Notes under the pieces: model-generated
The model's input: the letters and a program-made list of their open reading frames with translations, nothing else
The model's database searches: none
Told to the model about the DNA's origin: nothing
DNA from: Flavobacteriales bacterium
Lineage (GTDB): Bacteria > Bacteroidota > Bacteroidia > Flavobacteriales_F > PHOS-HE28
Assembly: GCA_016703005.1 (NCBI GenBank)
Contig: JADJCX010000033.1
Span: forward strand, 297,767-361,766
Reading direction: 5' to 3'
Length of the DNA stretch: 64,000 bases
Made by a program: the position numbers and the translations under genes
Part shown: positions 31,569 through 41,674 of the stretch, one piece after another
Layout: every line of letters starts with the position of its first letter
How positions within the stretch are numbered: position 1 is the first letter of the stretch

Positions 31569-33008
31569 TCAGTGGCCCGGGTAGGCACTGGAACCTTGCG
31601 CGAGCGTCAGTCCCAAGCGTCGGCCTTCTTCCACCATCAAGCCCCATGCTTGCGCCCGGTCGTTCTGGATCTTGCCGTCCAGGATCGCGTCCTTGATCAC
31701 CGTCTTAATGTCGCCGATGAACTTGCACGGGGGGATGTTGAAGGCCGCCATGATATCCTGCCCGGTGATCGGTGGTTGGAAGTTGCGCACGCGGTCTTTC
31801 TCCTCCACTTCGGCCAGTTTGCGCATCACCAACTCGTAGTTGCGCAGGTAGCGTTCCTTCTTCTTCTCGTTCTTGCTGGTGATATCGGCTTGGCACAGGA
31901 TCATCAGCGCGTCGATGTCGTCGCCGGCGTCGAAGAGCAATCGGCGTATGGCACTGTCCGTAACGATCTCCTTGGTGAGGGCGATGGGTCGCAGGTGGAG
32001 CGCAACGAGTTTCTGGACGAAGCGCATCTGATCATCGAGCGGAAGCTTCAACCGCCGGAAGATGGTGGGCACCATGCGCGCGCCTTTGTCCTCGTGCCCG
32101 TGGAAAGTCCAGCCGTGCTCCGCATCGAACCGTTTGGTCTTCGGCTTGGCGATATCGTGCAGGATCGCAGCCCAGCGCAACCACAGGTCGTTGCTCTTCG
32201 CGCACACGTTGTCGAGCACCTGCAACGTGTGGTAGAAGTTGTCCTTGTGCCCGATGCCGAACTTCTCCTCGGCGCCTTGCAGCTCAAGGAATTCGGGGAA
32301 GAAGCGCACCAGCAGCCCGCTGTCCCGAAGGAGCAGGAATCCGGTGCTTGGTATGGGGCAGAGAATGATCTTGTTCAGTTCCGTGTGGATGCGTTCGGCG
32401 CTGATGATGTCGAGCCGGTCCGCGTTCCTGATGATCGCCTCGAAACTCTCGCGCTCGATGGTGAAGCCGAGCTGCGTCGCGAAACGCACCGCGCGCATCA
32501 TGCGCAACGGGTCGTCGCTGTAGGTAATGTTCGGGTCGAGCGGTGTGCGTAGGATGCCACGCTCCAGATCGAGTATGCCACCGAAGGGATCCACCAAAGC
32601 GCCGGTGCTGCCAGCGTTGAGCGAGATGGCCAATGCATTGATGGTGAAGTCCCTACGCTCTTGGTCGTCGCGTATGGTGCCCGGCACCACTTCCGGCTTC
32701 CGGCTGTTGCGGCTATAGCTTTCCTTGCGCGCCCCTACGAATTCCACCTGTACTTCGCCGTGCATGAACATCGCCGTTCCGAAGTTCTTGAACACGTGCA
32801 CCGGGCCTGAGGAAAGTCGTGCCGCCACGGCCTCGGCGAAGGCGATGCCGTCCCCTTCAACAACGAAGTCGATGTCCTTGCAGGGGCGGCCGAGGATGAG
32901 GTCGCGCACGTAACCACCGATGGCGAACGCTGGAATGTCTTGGGCTTTGGCTTCGGCCATCACGGCAGCGAACAGCGGTTGCTTCACGACGCCGTCCAGC
33001 CTGGACAT
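31569..33008 (-). CDS. cca: CCA-adding enzyme / tRNA nucleotidyltransferase with an HD domain
   Basis: PolyA-polymerase head (GGYVRDLILGRPCKDIDFVV) and an HD domain (HGHEDKG). Confidence 0.85.
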   Translation of the reverse strand: MSRLDGVVKQPLFAAVMAEAKAQDIPAFAIGGYVRDLILGRPCKDIDFVVEGDGIAFAEAVAARLSSGPVHVFKNFGTAMFMHGEVQVEFVGARKESYSRNSRKPEVVPGTIRDDQERRDFTINALAISLNAGSTGALVDPFGGILDLERGILRTPLDPNITYSDDPLRMMRAVRFATQLGFTIERESFEAIIRNADRLDIISAERIHTELNKIILCPIPSTGFLLLRDSGLLVRFFPEFLELQGAEEKFGIGHKDNFYHTLQVLDNVCAKSNDLWLRWAAILHDIAKPKTKRFDAEHGWTFHGHEDKGARMVPTIFRRLKLPLDDQMRFVQKLVALHLRPIALTKEIVTDSAIRRLLFDAGDDIDALMILCQADITSKNEKKKERYLRNYELVMRKLAEVEEKDRVRNFQPPITGQDIMAAFNIPPCKFIGDIKTVIKDAILDGKIQNDRAQAWGLMVEEGRRLGLTLAQGSSAYPGH

Positions 33009-33117
33009 ATCGAGGATGAAGGAGTGCTGGCGCTGTTCCACGGATCGGGCGGCGAAAGTAGAGGGCGGGGATCGCCGTGCTGCGAACGCTAGATTCGGAT
33101 CCCCAACCGTATTGTTC

Positions 33118-34506
33118 ATGACCGCGCGCAACCTCTTGATCGGTGTATTCTGTTCCGCAGTGACACTGGCCAATGGCCAGCAGATCACCAACGGCGCGTT
33201 CGAGTCGTGGACGGATCTGGTCGCATACCGGGACATCGACGTGTGGCGGGACGGGAACTACCAGATACCGGGCACTTCCACTACGACCCGCGTGAGTGGC
33301 CAGATCGGCCAATACGCCGCGCGCATGGAAACGGTGACCGCTGGCGGCACTACGACATTCGGCTTCATCGTGCATGGGGAGTTCGCTGGTCAGACCGCTA
33401 CGGAAGGTGTACCGTTCACCACTGCCGTTGATGCCATGGAAGGCTGGTACCGGTACAGCTTAACGCCCGATGATTCGGCCATGATCTATTTGCTGTTATG
33501 GAACAATGGGGTGGCCTTGGATACCATCGTTCATTTGATCGGTGGTACCCAATCGCAATGGACGGCATTCAGCCTGCCGGTGAACGGTGGCGTGCCCGTT
33601 ACTCCGGACAGTGTTGTGGTAGCTGTTACCAGCAGCAACCCGTTCGCGCTTACCGGCATGGCGGCTGGTTCGTGGATCGAAGTGGATGATCTGCAACTCA
33701 CCAGTACCACCGTCCTTAACCCTGACCTTCTCCCGAACAACGGCATGGAGGATTGGACGGACATCACCACAGAGGAACCCGATGGGTGGACAACCTTCAA
33801 TCCGCTGCTGGCACAATTGGGCTATACGCCTGTCACCAAAAGCACCATGGCCCACGCGGGGACGTATTCCATCCGCATGGAAACGATCGACCTCGGCGGC
33901 GATACGCTGCCGGGCATCATTACCAATGGCGATCTGTTCGGTGCCGGGCTGTTCTCCGGTATCCCATACAACGACACTCCTTCGTTGATGACCGCGTTCT
34001 ACCGATACGCACCCGTTGGTACGGACACGGCGGGCGTGGCCGCGCTCTTCATCAAGAACGGGTTGCTATTGGAGCAAGCCTACTTGCAGATCACCAGTGC
34101 TGCGGCGGTATGGACCTTCACCGGTGCGCCTATCCTGCTGTTCCAAGAACCCGATACACTGGTGATCCAGATTTACGCGGGATCGAATCCAGGATCGGTG
34201 CTGTACTTGGATGACTTGGCGTTCTCGGGCATCAGCACGGGCATTTCAACCGCCACCATGAGCGCCATACGCGCATGGCCGCAGCCCGCAACGGATGTGT
34301 TGAATGTTTCACTTGGCGATATCGGAACGACCGGCACCACCACACGCGTGCTGGATAGAATGGGTCGCGTGGTGCTTGAGGGCAGTGTTGGCAGTAGAGC
34401 AGCAGGACAGCTTGTTCTGCCCATGCAAGGGCTCACCTCCGGCCACTACATACTTGAGGTGCGCAGCGGTGACCGCGTTGAGCGCTTGCCGTTCGTGAAA
34501 GGCTGA
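33118..34506 (+). CDS. Secreted protein with a T9SS type A C-terminal sorting domain
   Basis: Signal peptide, two internally repeated about 150-aa modules and a Por-secretion tail (HYILEVRSGDRVERLPFVKG). Confidence 0.65.
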   Translation: MTARNLLIGVFCSAVTLANGQQITNGAFESWTDLVAYRDIDVWRDGNYQIPGTSTTTRVSGQIGQYAARMETVTAGGTTTFGFIVHGEFAGQTATEGVPFTTAVDAMEGWYRYSLTPDDSAMIYLLLWNNGVALDTIVHLIGGTQSQWTAFSLPVNGGVPVTPDSVVVAVTSSNPFALTGMAAGSWIEVDDLQLTSTTVLNPDLLPNNGMEDWTDITTEEPDGWTTFNPLLAQLGYTPVTKSTMAHAGTYSIRMETIDLGGDTLPGIITNGDLFGAGLFSGIPYNDTPSLMTAFYRYAPVGTDTAGVAALFIKNGLLLEQAYLQITSAAAVWTFTGAPILLFQEPDTLVIQIYAGSNPGSVLYLDDLAFSGISTGISTATMSAIRAWPQPATDVLNVSLGDIGTTGTTTRVLDRMGRVVLEGSVGSRAAGQLVLPMQGLTSGHYILEVRSGDRVERLPFVKG

Positions 34507-34507
34507 G

Positions 34508-35509
34508 CTAGCTGACCAGCTGCGGCACATCAACGAGGGCACACCTGAAATGCCCCTTTGGACACTTTGGGTGCCCATGCAACCCGCAAGGCCTGCAATC
34601 CAGTTCCTCACTGGTCTCTGCAATGCGCCCGTTCCCGCGTAGCGGCCCGAAACCAAATGCGGGTACTGTGCTACAGAAGATGGCGGTGACCGGTGCATTC
34701 ATGGCCGAAGCGATGTGCAGCGGAGCGCTGTCGTTCACATAGTTCATGTGTGCACCCTGCATGAGGGCCGCGGTGCCGAGGAGGCTGAGCTTCCCGGCCA
34801 GCACTTCACCACGCCCAGCATTTGCGGTGATCGCCTGGCATAGCGGCGTATCGCCGGGCGCACCGATCAGCAAGACGCGAACATCCGCGGGCAATTGTTT
34901 GATCAGTTCCACCCACTTGGCCGCCGGCCACTGCTTGGTGAACCACACGGAGGCCGGAGCGATGCACACGTATTTCGAGGGTCGGTTGCCGGTCAGCGCG
35001 TCGCGGTCGGCGATGTCCTTCGGGGTAGGGTACAATGCCGGCAGCGGCCTCGACCTGTCCGTGATGTGTTCGATCAGCGCGTTCAGGCGATCCACTTCGT
35101 GCAGGCCGTCGGGGCTGCGTTTCTCCAGACCACCGGGGATCACGTGCGCCACAATGCGGGAGAACAGGAAGCTGAGCGGATTCTTATCGTAGCCGACTTT
35201 CTCTTTTGCCCGCGCAAGCGCGGTCATCAACCCGGAGGAGGAGTGCCGGTGGCAGTTGATCACATGATCGTACTGCGACTTCCGCAAGTCGCCGATCAAG
35301 CGGAAGAGGTTGGTGGTCTTGTTGGTCTGTTTATCCCAGACGAACAGCTTCCCCAGGAATGGATGACCCGTGAACAAGCCCTCGTTCCCCTTTCGCACCA
35401 CCATGTCGATGGCCGCAACCGGGAAGAAGGCATGCAACTTCTCCAGCACTGCGGTGGCCAGCACCGCATCGCCCAAGAAGGCGGTCTGTATGACCAGGAA
35501 TCGCTTCAC
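34508..35509 (-). CDS. Glycosyltransferase family 9 (ADP-heptose:LPS heptosyltransferase-like)
   Basis: GT9 pattern (VLATAVLEKL...GDLRKSQYDHVIN...NDSAPLHIASAMNAPVTAIF). Probable GTG start about 35508 overlapping the dapD stop. Confidence 0.8.
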   Translation of the reverse strand: MKRFLVIQTAFLGDAVLATAVLEKLHAFFPVAAIDMVVRKGNEGLFTGHPFLGKLFVWDKQTNKTTNLFRLIGDLRKSQYDHVINCHRHSSSGLMTALARAKEKVGYDKNPLSFLFSRIVAHVIPGGLEKRSPDGLHEVDRLNALIEHITDRSRPLPALYPTPKDIADRDALTGNRPSKYVCIAPASVWFTKQWPAAKWVELIKQLPADVRVLLIGAPGDTPLCQAITANAGRGEVLAGKLSLLGTAALMQGAHMNYVNDSAPLHIASAMNAPVTAIFCSTVPAFGFGPLRGNGRIAETSEELDCRPCGLHGHPKCPKGHFRCALVDVPQLVS

Positions 35510-36321
35510 ACCGCCACGTTGTGCTCGCGCAGGGCGTCGTTGAGCGAGGTCTTCTTGTCCGTGCTCTCTTTGCGCGTGCCGATGATCAGCGCGCACGGTA
35601 CACCGAACTCGCCGGCGGGGAATTTCTTCGGGATGGAACCCGGGATGACGACGGAACGCGGCGGCACATAGCCCTTCGTTTCCTTCGGCTCCGGACCGGT
35701 GACGTCAATGATGCGCGTGCTGCCCGTAAGCACCACGTTGGCACCGAGCACGGCTTCCTTGCCGACGCGGACGCCTTCCACCACTATCGCACGCGATCCG
35801 ATGAAACAGCCGTCCTCGATGATCACCGGCGCGGCCTGCACCGGTTCCAGTACACCACCGATACCGACACCACCGCTCAAGTGAACTCCTTTGCCGATCT
35901 GCGCGCAGCTACCCACAGTGGCCCACGTATCCACCATCGTTCCCTCGTCCACATACGCACCGATGTTGACGTAGCTCGGCATCAGGATCACTCCTCTTGC
36001 GAGGAATGCACCGTAGCGCGCAACGGCATGGGGCACAACGCGCACGCCCAGTTGGGCATAGCCGTGCTTCAACTTCATCTTATCGTGGAACTCGAGCGGC
36101 CCCATTTCCATGGTCTGCATTTGGCGGATGGGGAAGTACATGATCACAGCCTTCTTCACCCAATCGTTCACTTGCCACCCATCACCCGCAGGTTCGGCAA
36201 CACGGATCTCGCCCCGGTCCAGCTTGGCGATCACCGCTTCAATATGGGCCACCACGTCGGCGTCGCGCAGCAGGTTGCGGTCGTTCCACGCCAGTTCGAT
36301 CATTTCATGCATGTGGTACAT
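35506..36321 (-). CDS. dapD: 2,3,4,5-tetrahydropyridine-2,6-dicarboxylate N-succinyltransferase
   Basis: Hexapeptide-repeat left-handed beta-helix and a DapD-specific N-terminal region. Confidence 0.88.
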   Translation of the reverse strand: MYHMHEMIELAWNDRNLLRDADVVAHIEAVIAKLDRGEIRVAEPAGDGWQVNDWVKKAVIMYFPIRQMQTMEMGPLEFHDKMKLKHGYAQLGVRVVPHAVARYGAFLARGVILMPSYVNIGAYVDEGTMVDTWATVGSCAQIGKGVHLSGGVGIGGVLEPVQAAPVIIEDGCFIGSRAIVVEGVRVGKEAVLGANVVLTGSTRIIDVTGPEPKETKGYVPPRSVVIPGSIPKKFPAGEFGVPCALIIGTRKESTDKKTSLNDALREHNVAV

Positions 36322-36401
36322 CCCGGTCTTGTCGGGAGGGCGAAGTTGGTGATCCCGGTCGGCTGACCAGCTTTGTGGCCCCGGAGCATCGGGTTGAAGA
36401 C

Positions 36402-36824
36402 ATGGGCCAAGTGATCGGAGTTGATTTCGGGATGAAGCGCACCGGCTTGGCGGTCACCGACCCGGCGGGCATCATCGCGTCGGCCTTGGATACCGTGCCC
36501 ACGGTGGAGGTCATGGCCTGGTTGGAGCGGTATTGCAGCGCACACACCATCGAAGGGTTCGTAGTAGGCCTACCGCTGAACCTGAACGGAACACCTACGG
36601 ATGTCACGCCGAACGTATTGGCATTCATGGAAGCCCTCAAGAAGAAATTCAGTGGCCAGTGGGTCGTTTCCGTTGACGAGCGCTTCAGCAGTTCCATGGC
36701 CCAACAAACGCTCTTGGCCAGTGGTAAAGGGCGAATGGCACGGCGCGACAAGGGGCAGATCGACCGGATCAGCGCCACCATACTGCTGCAAGGTTGGCTT
36801 GAGCAACGGCAGCGCAACGGCTAG
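36402..36824 (+). CDS. ruvX: Holliday junction resolvase-like protein RuvX (YqgF)
   Basis: VIGVDFGMKRTGLAVTD motif. Start trimmed to MGQVIGVD. Confidence 0.85.
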   Translation: MGQVIGVDFGMKRTGLAVTDPAGIIASALDTVPTVEVMAWLERYCSAHTIEGFVVGLPLNLNGTPTDVTPNVLAFMEALKKKFSGQWVVSVDERFSSSMAQQTLLASGKGRMARRDKGQIDRISATILLQGWLEQRQRNG

Positions 36825-36883
36825 GTCCTCCGTGTATTTTCGCCCGCCGTTCACGGACCGCTTCACCGCTACACTGCTTCACG

Positions 36884-37465
36884 ATGATCCTACCGATCCG
36901 CGCCTTTGGCGATCCCGTCCTCAAGAAAGTGGCCAAGGACATTGAGAAGGGGCATCCCGGCCTTTCGGAACTGATCGCCGATATGTACGAGACGATGTAC
37001 GAGGCGAGCGGTGTGGGCTTGGCCGCGCCGCAGGTCGGCAAGAGCATCCGGTTATTCATCGTGGATGCCTCACCGTTCGCCGAGGACGAGGAATTGGAGC
37101 AGGAAGAGCGCGACTTCCTCAAGACCTTCAAGCGGGTCTTCATCAATCCGTACATCGTGGAAGAGGACGGCGAGCCTTGGCCTTTTGAAGAAGGCTGCCT
37201 GAGCATTCCCGGCATCCGCGAGGAAGTGAAGCGACAGGAGACCATCGTGCTGCAATGGCAGGATGAGAAGTTCAAGGAGCACGAAGAGGAATTCAGCGGG
37301 TTCGCGGCGCGCGTGATCCAGCATGAGCACGACCACCTCGACGGAAAACTGTTCATCGATAAGCTGCCCGTGCTGAGGCGCACCATGCTGAAAGGCAAAC
37401 TGCGGGACATCAGCCAAGGCAAGACGGACGCCAAGTACAAAATGCGATTCACTCCATTGAAATGA
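36884..37465 (+). CDS. def: Peptide deformylase
   Basis: Motifs GVGLAAPQ, EGCLS and QHEHDHLDG. Confidence 0.93.
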   Translation: MILPIRAFGDPVLKKVAKDIEKGHPGLSELIADMYETMYEASGVGLAAPQVGKSIRLFIVDASPFAEDEELEQEERDFLKTFKRVFINPYIVEEDGEPWPFEEGCLSIPGIREEVKRQETIVLQWQDEKFKEHEEEFSGFAARVIQHEHDHLDGKLFIDKLPVLRRTMLKGKLRDISQGKTDAKYKMRFTPLK

Positions 37466-38112
37466 AGAAGCTCATAGCGATCACGATACCCATAGTACTG
37501 CTGTTCTCGGCATGCGGTGGTGGACAGACCGAGGAACCGAAAGCCGCTGACGCCAGCAACGGCGCTCAGTTGATGCAGGCCCGCATCGACAGCATGCGCC
37601 TTTCCATGGAGGACGATACCATCTACAATGCGCGCGGCGCACAGGAATTGTTGGATGTGTACAAGGCGTATGCGAAGGCCTATCCGCTGGACAGTCTTTC
37701 ACCCGAGTTCCTTTTCCGCGCTGCCGGCCTTAGCGATCCGTTGGGCCGTCCGGATGAGAGCGTGGTGCTCTACGATCGCGTGATCAAGAGCTACCCCGCA
37801 TGGCCGCGCTTGGTGGACTGCTACTACTTGAAGGCCTTGACCATTGACAAAATGCAGCGCAAGGGCGAAGCGCGAATGGCCTACGAGGAAGTGATCAACC
37901 GGTTCCCGGATCACCAGTTCGCGGCGGATGCGAAGCAGATGATCGAGAACCTCCAGTACACGGATGAAGAACTGATCGAGAAGTTCCGCATGCAGAACGG
38001 TCTCGAGGCGCAGGCAGCGACCAACGCCTCGCAGGCACCTGCATTGAGCAAGGCGGAACAGTCCGCAGCCGACAAAGCTGCCACTGAAGCGAAGGAGAAG
38101 GCCAAGGGGGGA
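37462..38112 (+). CDS. TPR-like lipoprotein. The track ORF runs on to 38649, probably through a G-homopolymer frameshift.
   Basis: Lipobox LLFSACGG and a TPR-like body. With G5 instead of G6 at 38106-38111 the protein ends ...ATEAKEKAKGE*. As assembled it reads antisense through pyrC. Confidence 0.5.
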
Positions 38113-38183
38113 ATGAACTTTTGGGACCGAGGGGCGGCGCGCCCATACACCGGAACGGGGCAGTGGGCGACAGACTGGGGCGA

Positions 38184-39473
38184 TCACCGCGCCATTTCAA
38201 CGGCCTTTGCCAGTACGGCTTTTCCGTTCGCTACGATACCGAGTGGGCGCCCCACGAAATGCTGGCCGATGAAGGGCGTGTTCTTGGACCGACTGACGAT
38301 ATCCGCAGCGCTGAAGGTCCAGTCGCAATTCGGGTCGAAGAGTGTGAGATCGGCGAGAGTGCCTTCGGTGATGTGTGATGTAGGCAGCCCGAGCACCGCA
38401 CGCGGGCCGTGGCTGAAACGCTCCACGATCCTGCGCAAACTCATATGTCCCTTGAGGGCGGTATTTGCAACAGCGAAGGCCGTCTCCAAGCCGATCATAC
38501 CGAATGCGGCATGTGCGAACTCCAGCTTTTTGTGCTCCACATCCTCCGGACGGTGGTCGCTCACCACGGCATCGATCGTACCGTCCTTCAACCCATCGCG
38601 AAGCGCATCTATGTGCGTGCGGTCGCGTAGGGGCGGCAGCACTTTGTAGTGGGTGTCGAAGCCGCGCAGACAGCCATCGTCCAACAACAGATTGTGCGCG
38701 GCCACAGAGCAGGTCACCTTCATCTTCTTCGCCTTGGCGGCTTTGATGAGGGCAACGCTTTCAGCGGTACTGATGGCGGCCACGTGCATGCGGCCTCCGG
38801 TATACTCGAGCAGTGACAAGTCGCGCTGTAGCGCGATGGTCTCGGCCATGGGTGTCAGTCCGCGCATGCCGAGCCGAACGCTCATGGGGCCCTCGTGCAT
38901 CATGGTACCCACGCCGAGGTCCGCATCGTGCGGGAAAGCGAACACGGTACCATCGAAGTTGCGGCAGTACTGGAGCGCAAGCATCATCAGGCGCGTGTTG
39001 GGCACGGGGCTCTGATCGTCGGTGAAGGCCACGGCACCGGCTTGGTGCAGATCGTAGAGTTCCGCCAACTGTTCGCCTTTCAAACCCTTGGTAAGGGCGC
39101 CGAGCGGCAGCACGCGTACCGCGTGGCCGTTCGCCTTGCTCAACAGGTATTCGATCCCGGCGCGCGCGTCCAGCACCGGTGTTGTGCTCGGCAGCACGGC
39201 CACGGCCGTGAAACCACCAGCGGCGGCGGCATCGAGCCCATTGGTCAGGCCTTCCTTCCATTCTTCGCCGGGGTCGCGGAAATGGACGCGCAGGTCCACC
39301 CAGCCAAGGCTCACGTGCGCGCCGGGGATTTTCCATTCGCGGGCTTCGCCCTTGGGCAAACGCGCACCGATGCGGACGATCTTGTTGCCGCTGATGAGCA
39401 TATCCACCTCCGCCTCGTGATGCTCGCCGCCGGGGTCGATCACCGTGATGTTGCGGAGCAGGAGGTCCTTCAT
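38184..39473 (-). CDS. pyrC: Dihydroorotase (type I, multifunctional-complex-like)
   Basis: Amidohydrolase fold with VDLRVHFRDPG (HxH-like region) and AFTDD. Confidence 0.8.
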   Translation of the reverse strand: MKDLLLRNITVIDPGGEHHEAEVDMLISGNKIVRIGARLPKGEAREWKIPGAHVSLGWVDLRVHFRDPGEEWKEGLTNGLDAAAAGGFTAVAVLPSTTPVLDARAGIEYLLSKANGHAVRVLPLGALTKGLKGEQLAELYDLHQAGAVAFTDDQSPVPNTRLMMLALQYCRNFDGTVFAFPHDADLGVGTMMHEGPMSVRLGMRGLTPMAETIALQRDLSLLEYTGGRMHVAAISTAESVALIKAAKAKKMKVTCSVAAHNLLLDDGCLRGFDTHYKVLPPLRDRTHIDALRDGLKDGTIDAVVSDHRPEDVEHKKLEFAHAAFGMIGLETAFAVANTALKGHMSLRRIVERFSHGPRAVLGLPTSHITEGTLADLTLFDPNCDWTFSAADIVSRSKNTPFIGQHFVGRPLGIVANGKAVLAKAVEMAR

Positions 39474-41509
39474 TTCAGCAGCCGGAGGAATGCGACTTCA
39501 AGCGAGAGGAAGATCAGCGCGAGGACCACGAACCACGTCCAGAGTTTCCGCCCGTGATCCAGCGCGGCCAAACTTACGGAAAGGGCTTCGCCGCCCGGCT
39601 CCAGCACTTCGAAGGCGGTTAGCCCGCGCTGTTCTATGAGGGTGCGTAGTTCGGCAGCGGTGTAGGCCGATGGGTCGCTTTCGGTGCGTGGTGTGTTCAG
39701 GGCGATGTGGCGCACCGTGTCGTTGCCGAGCGTTACGGCGTACGCACCGGCGGGCATCGCTTCATCGTGCATCAACAGGGCGTGGGCATCGGCGGAGCGG
39801 CGCAACTCGGGCACGCGGTCCACGCCATCGGGGCCTATCATGTGCGGTACGCGGTCGCCTTCGATCACCACACCGTCCAAGGGTATGCGGGCGTCGTTGC
39901 CGATGTTGTGGTACAGCGCTCCCATGGGGCGGCTCAACTCGGCCATGCGCAGCAAGCTGGTAACGAACAACGCGTGGCGGGTGAAACTTCCCCCGACATC
40001 GCTGAGCGGTGCCGCGCACACGTTCACCACGCCCTTGCCGCTGTTGGTGCGGGTAAGGAAGGCGTTGCCATCCTGCATGCGCAAGAGCGTTTCCGCCCCG
40101 GCCACGCTGTTCAACCGCAGGCGTTGGCGCACCAGCGGCAGGTCCACGTTCGAGGGCACATCGCTGAACACGTCGCGGTAGAAGGGGAGGCGCAGGTCGA
40201 TGCCAGCGACCTTGATGGACGCGGTATCGAGTTGGCCGTATTGCCCGGCGCCGAGCTGTGCGAGGAAGCCGTTCACGCTGGTCGTTTCCTGCTCCAACGA
40301 CGGGAACACGGCCAAGCTGCCACCACTTTTCACGAAGTTGACCAGCGCTTGCGCGAAACCGCTGGACACTTCGGGCAGCGCGTTGAGGATGAGCAGATCG
40401 GTACTGGTGAGCGATGCAAGGTCGATGTTGCCAGAGGGCGTCACCGTCAATCGGAACGAACTGTCCGCGGCGAAGACACTGGCCACCGCTGCGTCGCTTG
40501 TCTCATCGCCGCCGCTGAGCAACTGCACGCGCAACGCGCTGCTCACTTCCCACGCCACGAAGAGTTTGTCATCGAAGGTGATCGGCCGGTCGCTGATCGA
40601 GATCTCGCCCCAATGCGCGCCCGGCCCGTCGCTAGTGAAGTGCAGCACCGTATCGGTGAACGCCTCGGCTTCCACGGAGAAGGTGGCGAGCGCACGTTGT
40701 TGGCCGTTGATCGCCAAACGCAGCGGCACATCCTTCAACGCCGCCGACCCGAGATTGCGGATGCGCACGTGCAGGGCTTCGGCTTGCCCGGCGCGGCGCA
40801 CCGGCGTGGCGAACCACGCTGAATCGACGGAGAGGTTGGCGGCATCGGCGGGTGCCAATGGCACGATCACTGTGCGCACGGTGGTATCGTTCACCCAGTT
40901 TTCCACGTCGGTGGTGGAGCGCTGTAGATCAGTGAACAGGACCGCCCGTTTGCGCGGCGCGGCGCTGCGGGCCAAGGCTTCCTGCTGCCGGGCCAACACC
41001 AACGAGATCTTGCGGCTGAAAGGACCGGCCTCCACCTGTCCGGCCGCGTCCAGCGCTTCGTCGCGGCCGATCAGCAGTTGCTGCCGACCATCGAGGCGGC
41101 TGGTGAGCACTTGGAACTCGGTGGTGGGTTCGTAGGCCAGTACGGCATCCTGCGCGCTCTTGCGGGCTTGGTCCAGCAGACGGCCTTCGGCATTCTGGGC
41201 ATCCATGCTCCAGCTATCATCCAGAAAGAGGCTAACCGCCTGCTTGCCGGTGGGTGTGGTACCTGCTGAAGCGGGTATGTAGGGCTGCGCGAACGCCAAC
41301 ACCAACGCGGCGATGGCCAAGCAGCGCGCCAGGAGCGTCAGCCAGTGCTGCACCTTCTTGCGTGCGCGGGTCTGCTGGCTGACGGCTTGCAGGAAGCGGA
41401 CGTTGGGGAAATCGATGCGCTTGAAACGGCGCAGCTGGAACAGATGGATGGCGATGGGGATGGCCAGCGCGGTAAGCGCCCATAGAAAGGAAGGGTAGAG
41501 AAAAGCCAT
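39470..41509 (-). CDS. BatA-like protein with an N-terminal double-transmembrane domain (TIGR02226-type)
   Basis: MAFLYPSFLWALTALAIPIAIHLFQLRRFKRIDFPNVRFL is the hallmark N-terminus. A C-terminal TM helix is present. 4-nt overlap (ATGA) with pyrC. Confidence 0.55.
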   Translation of the reverse strand: MAFLYPSFLWALTALAIPIAIHLFQLRRFKRIDFPNVRFLQAVSQQTRARKKVQHWLTLLARCLAIAALVLAFAQPYIPASAGTTPTGKQAVSLFLDDSWSMDAQNAEGRLLDQARKSAQDAVLAYEPTTEFQVLTSRLDGRQQLLIGRDEALDAAGQVEAGPFSRKISLVLARQQEALARSAAPRKRAVLFTDLQRSTTDVENWVNDTTVRTVIVPLAPADAANLSVDSAWFATPVRRAGQAEALHVRIRNLGSAALKDVPLRLAINGQQRALATFSVEAEAFTDTVLHFTSDGPGAHWGEISISDRPITFDDKLFVAWEVSSALRVQLLSGGDETSDAAVASVFAADSSFRLTVTPSGNIDLASLTSTDLLILNALPEVSSGFAQALVNFVKSGGSLAVFPSLEQETTSVNGFLAQLGAGQYGQLDTASIKVAGIDLRLPFYRDVFSDVPSNVDLPLVRQRLRLNSVAGAETLLRMQDGNAFLTRTNSGKGVVNVCAAPLSDVGGSFTRHALFVTSLLRMAELSRPMGALYHNIGNDARIPLDGVVIEGDRVPHMIGPDGVDRVPELRRSADAHALLMHDEAMPAGAYAVTLGNDTVRHIALNTPRTESDPSAYTAAELRTLIEQRGLTAFEVLEPGGEALSVSLAALDHGRKLWTWFVVLALIFLSLEVAFLRLLK

Positions 41510-41674
41510 CGGCGGGCGAAGATGCTGATCGGCAACGGAAACGGCCGCGACTTATGCGTTCGCTGTGGCGTGGGGTTGTGAAAAGATGTGAGGGAGGGCG
41601 CAGGCCCGATACCTGACAAAACCACTTGTTCACTTGCCGCGAACAGCGTTTCTTTCGGTCATCAACCCAGCGCT

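Noticed and set aside
37462-38649. 395-aa lipoprotein reading through into pyrC
   Set aside because: The second half is antisense to dihydroorotase. A one-G contraction at 38106-38111 gives a natural stop after ...KAKGE, so the gene is truncated to about 37462-38112.
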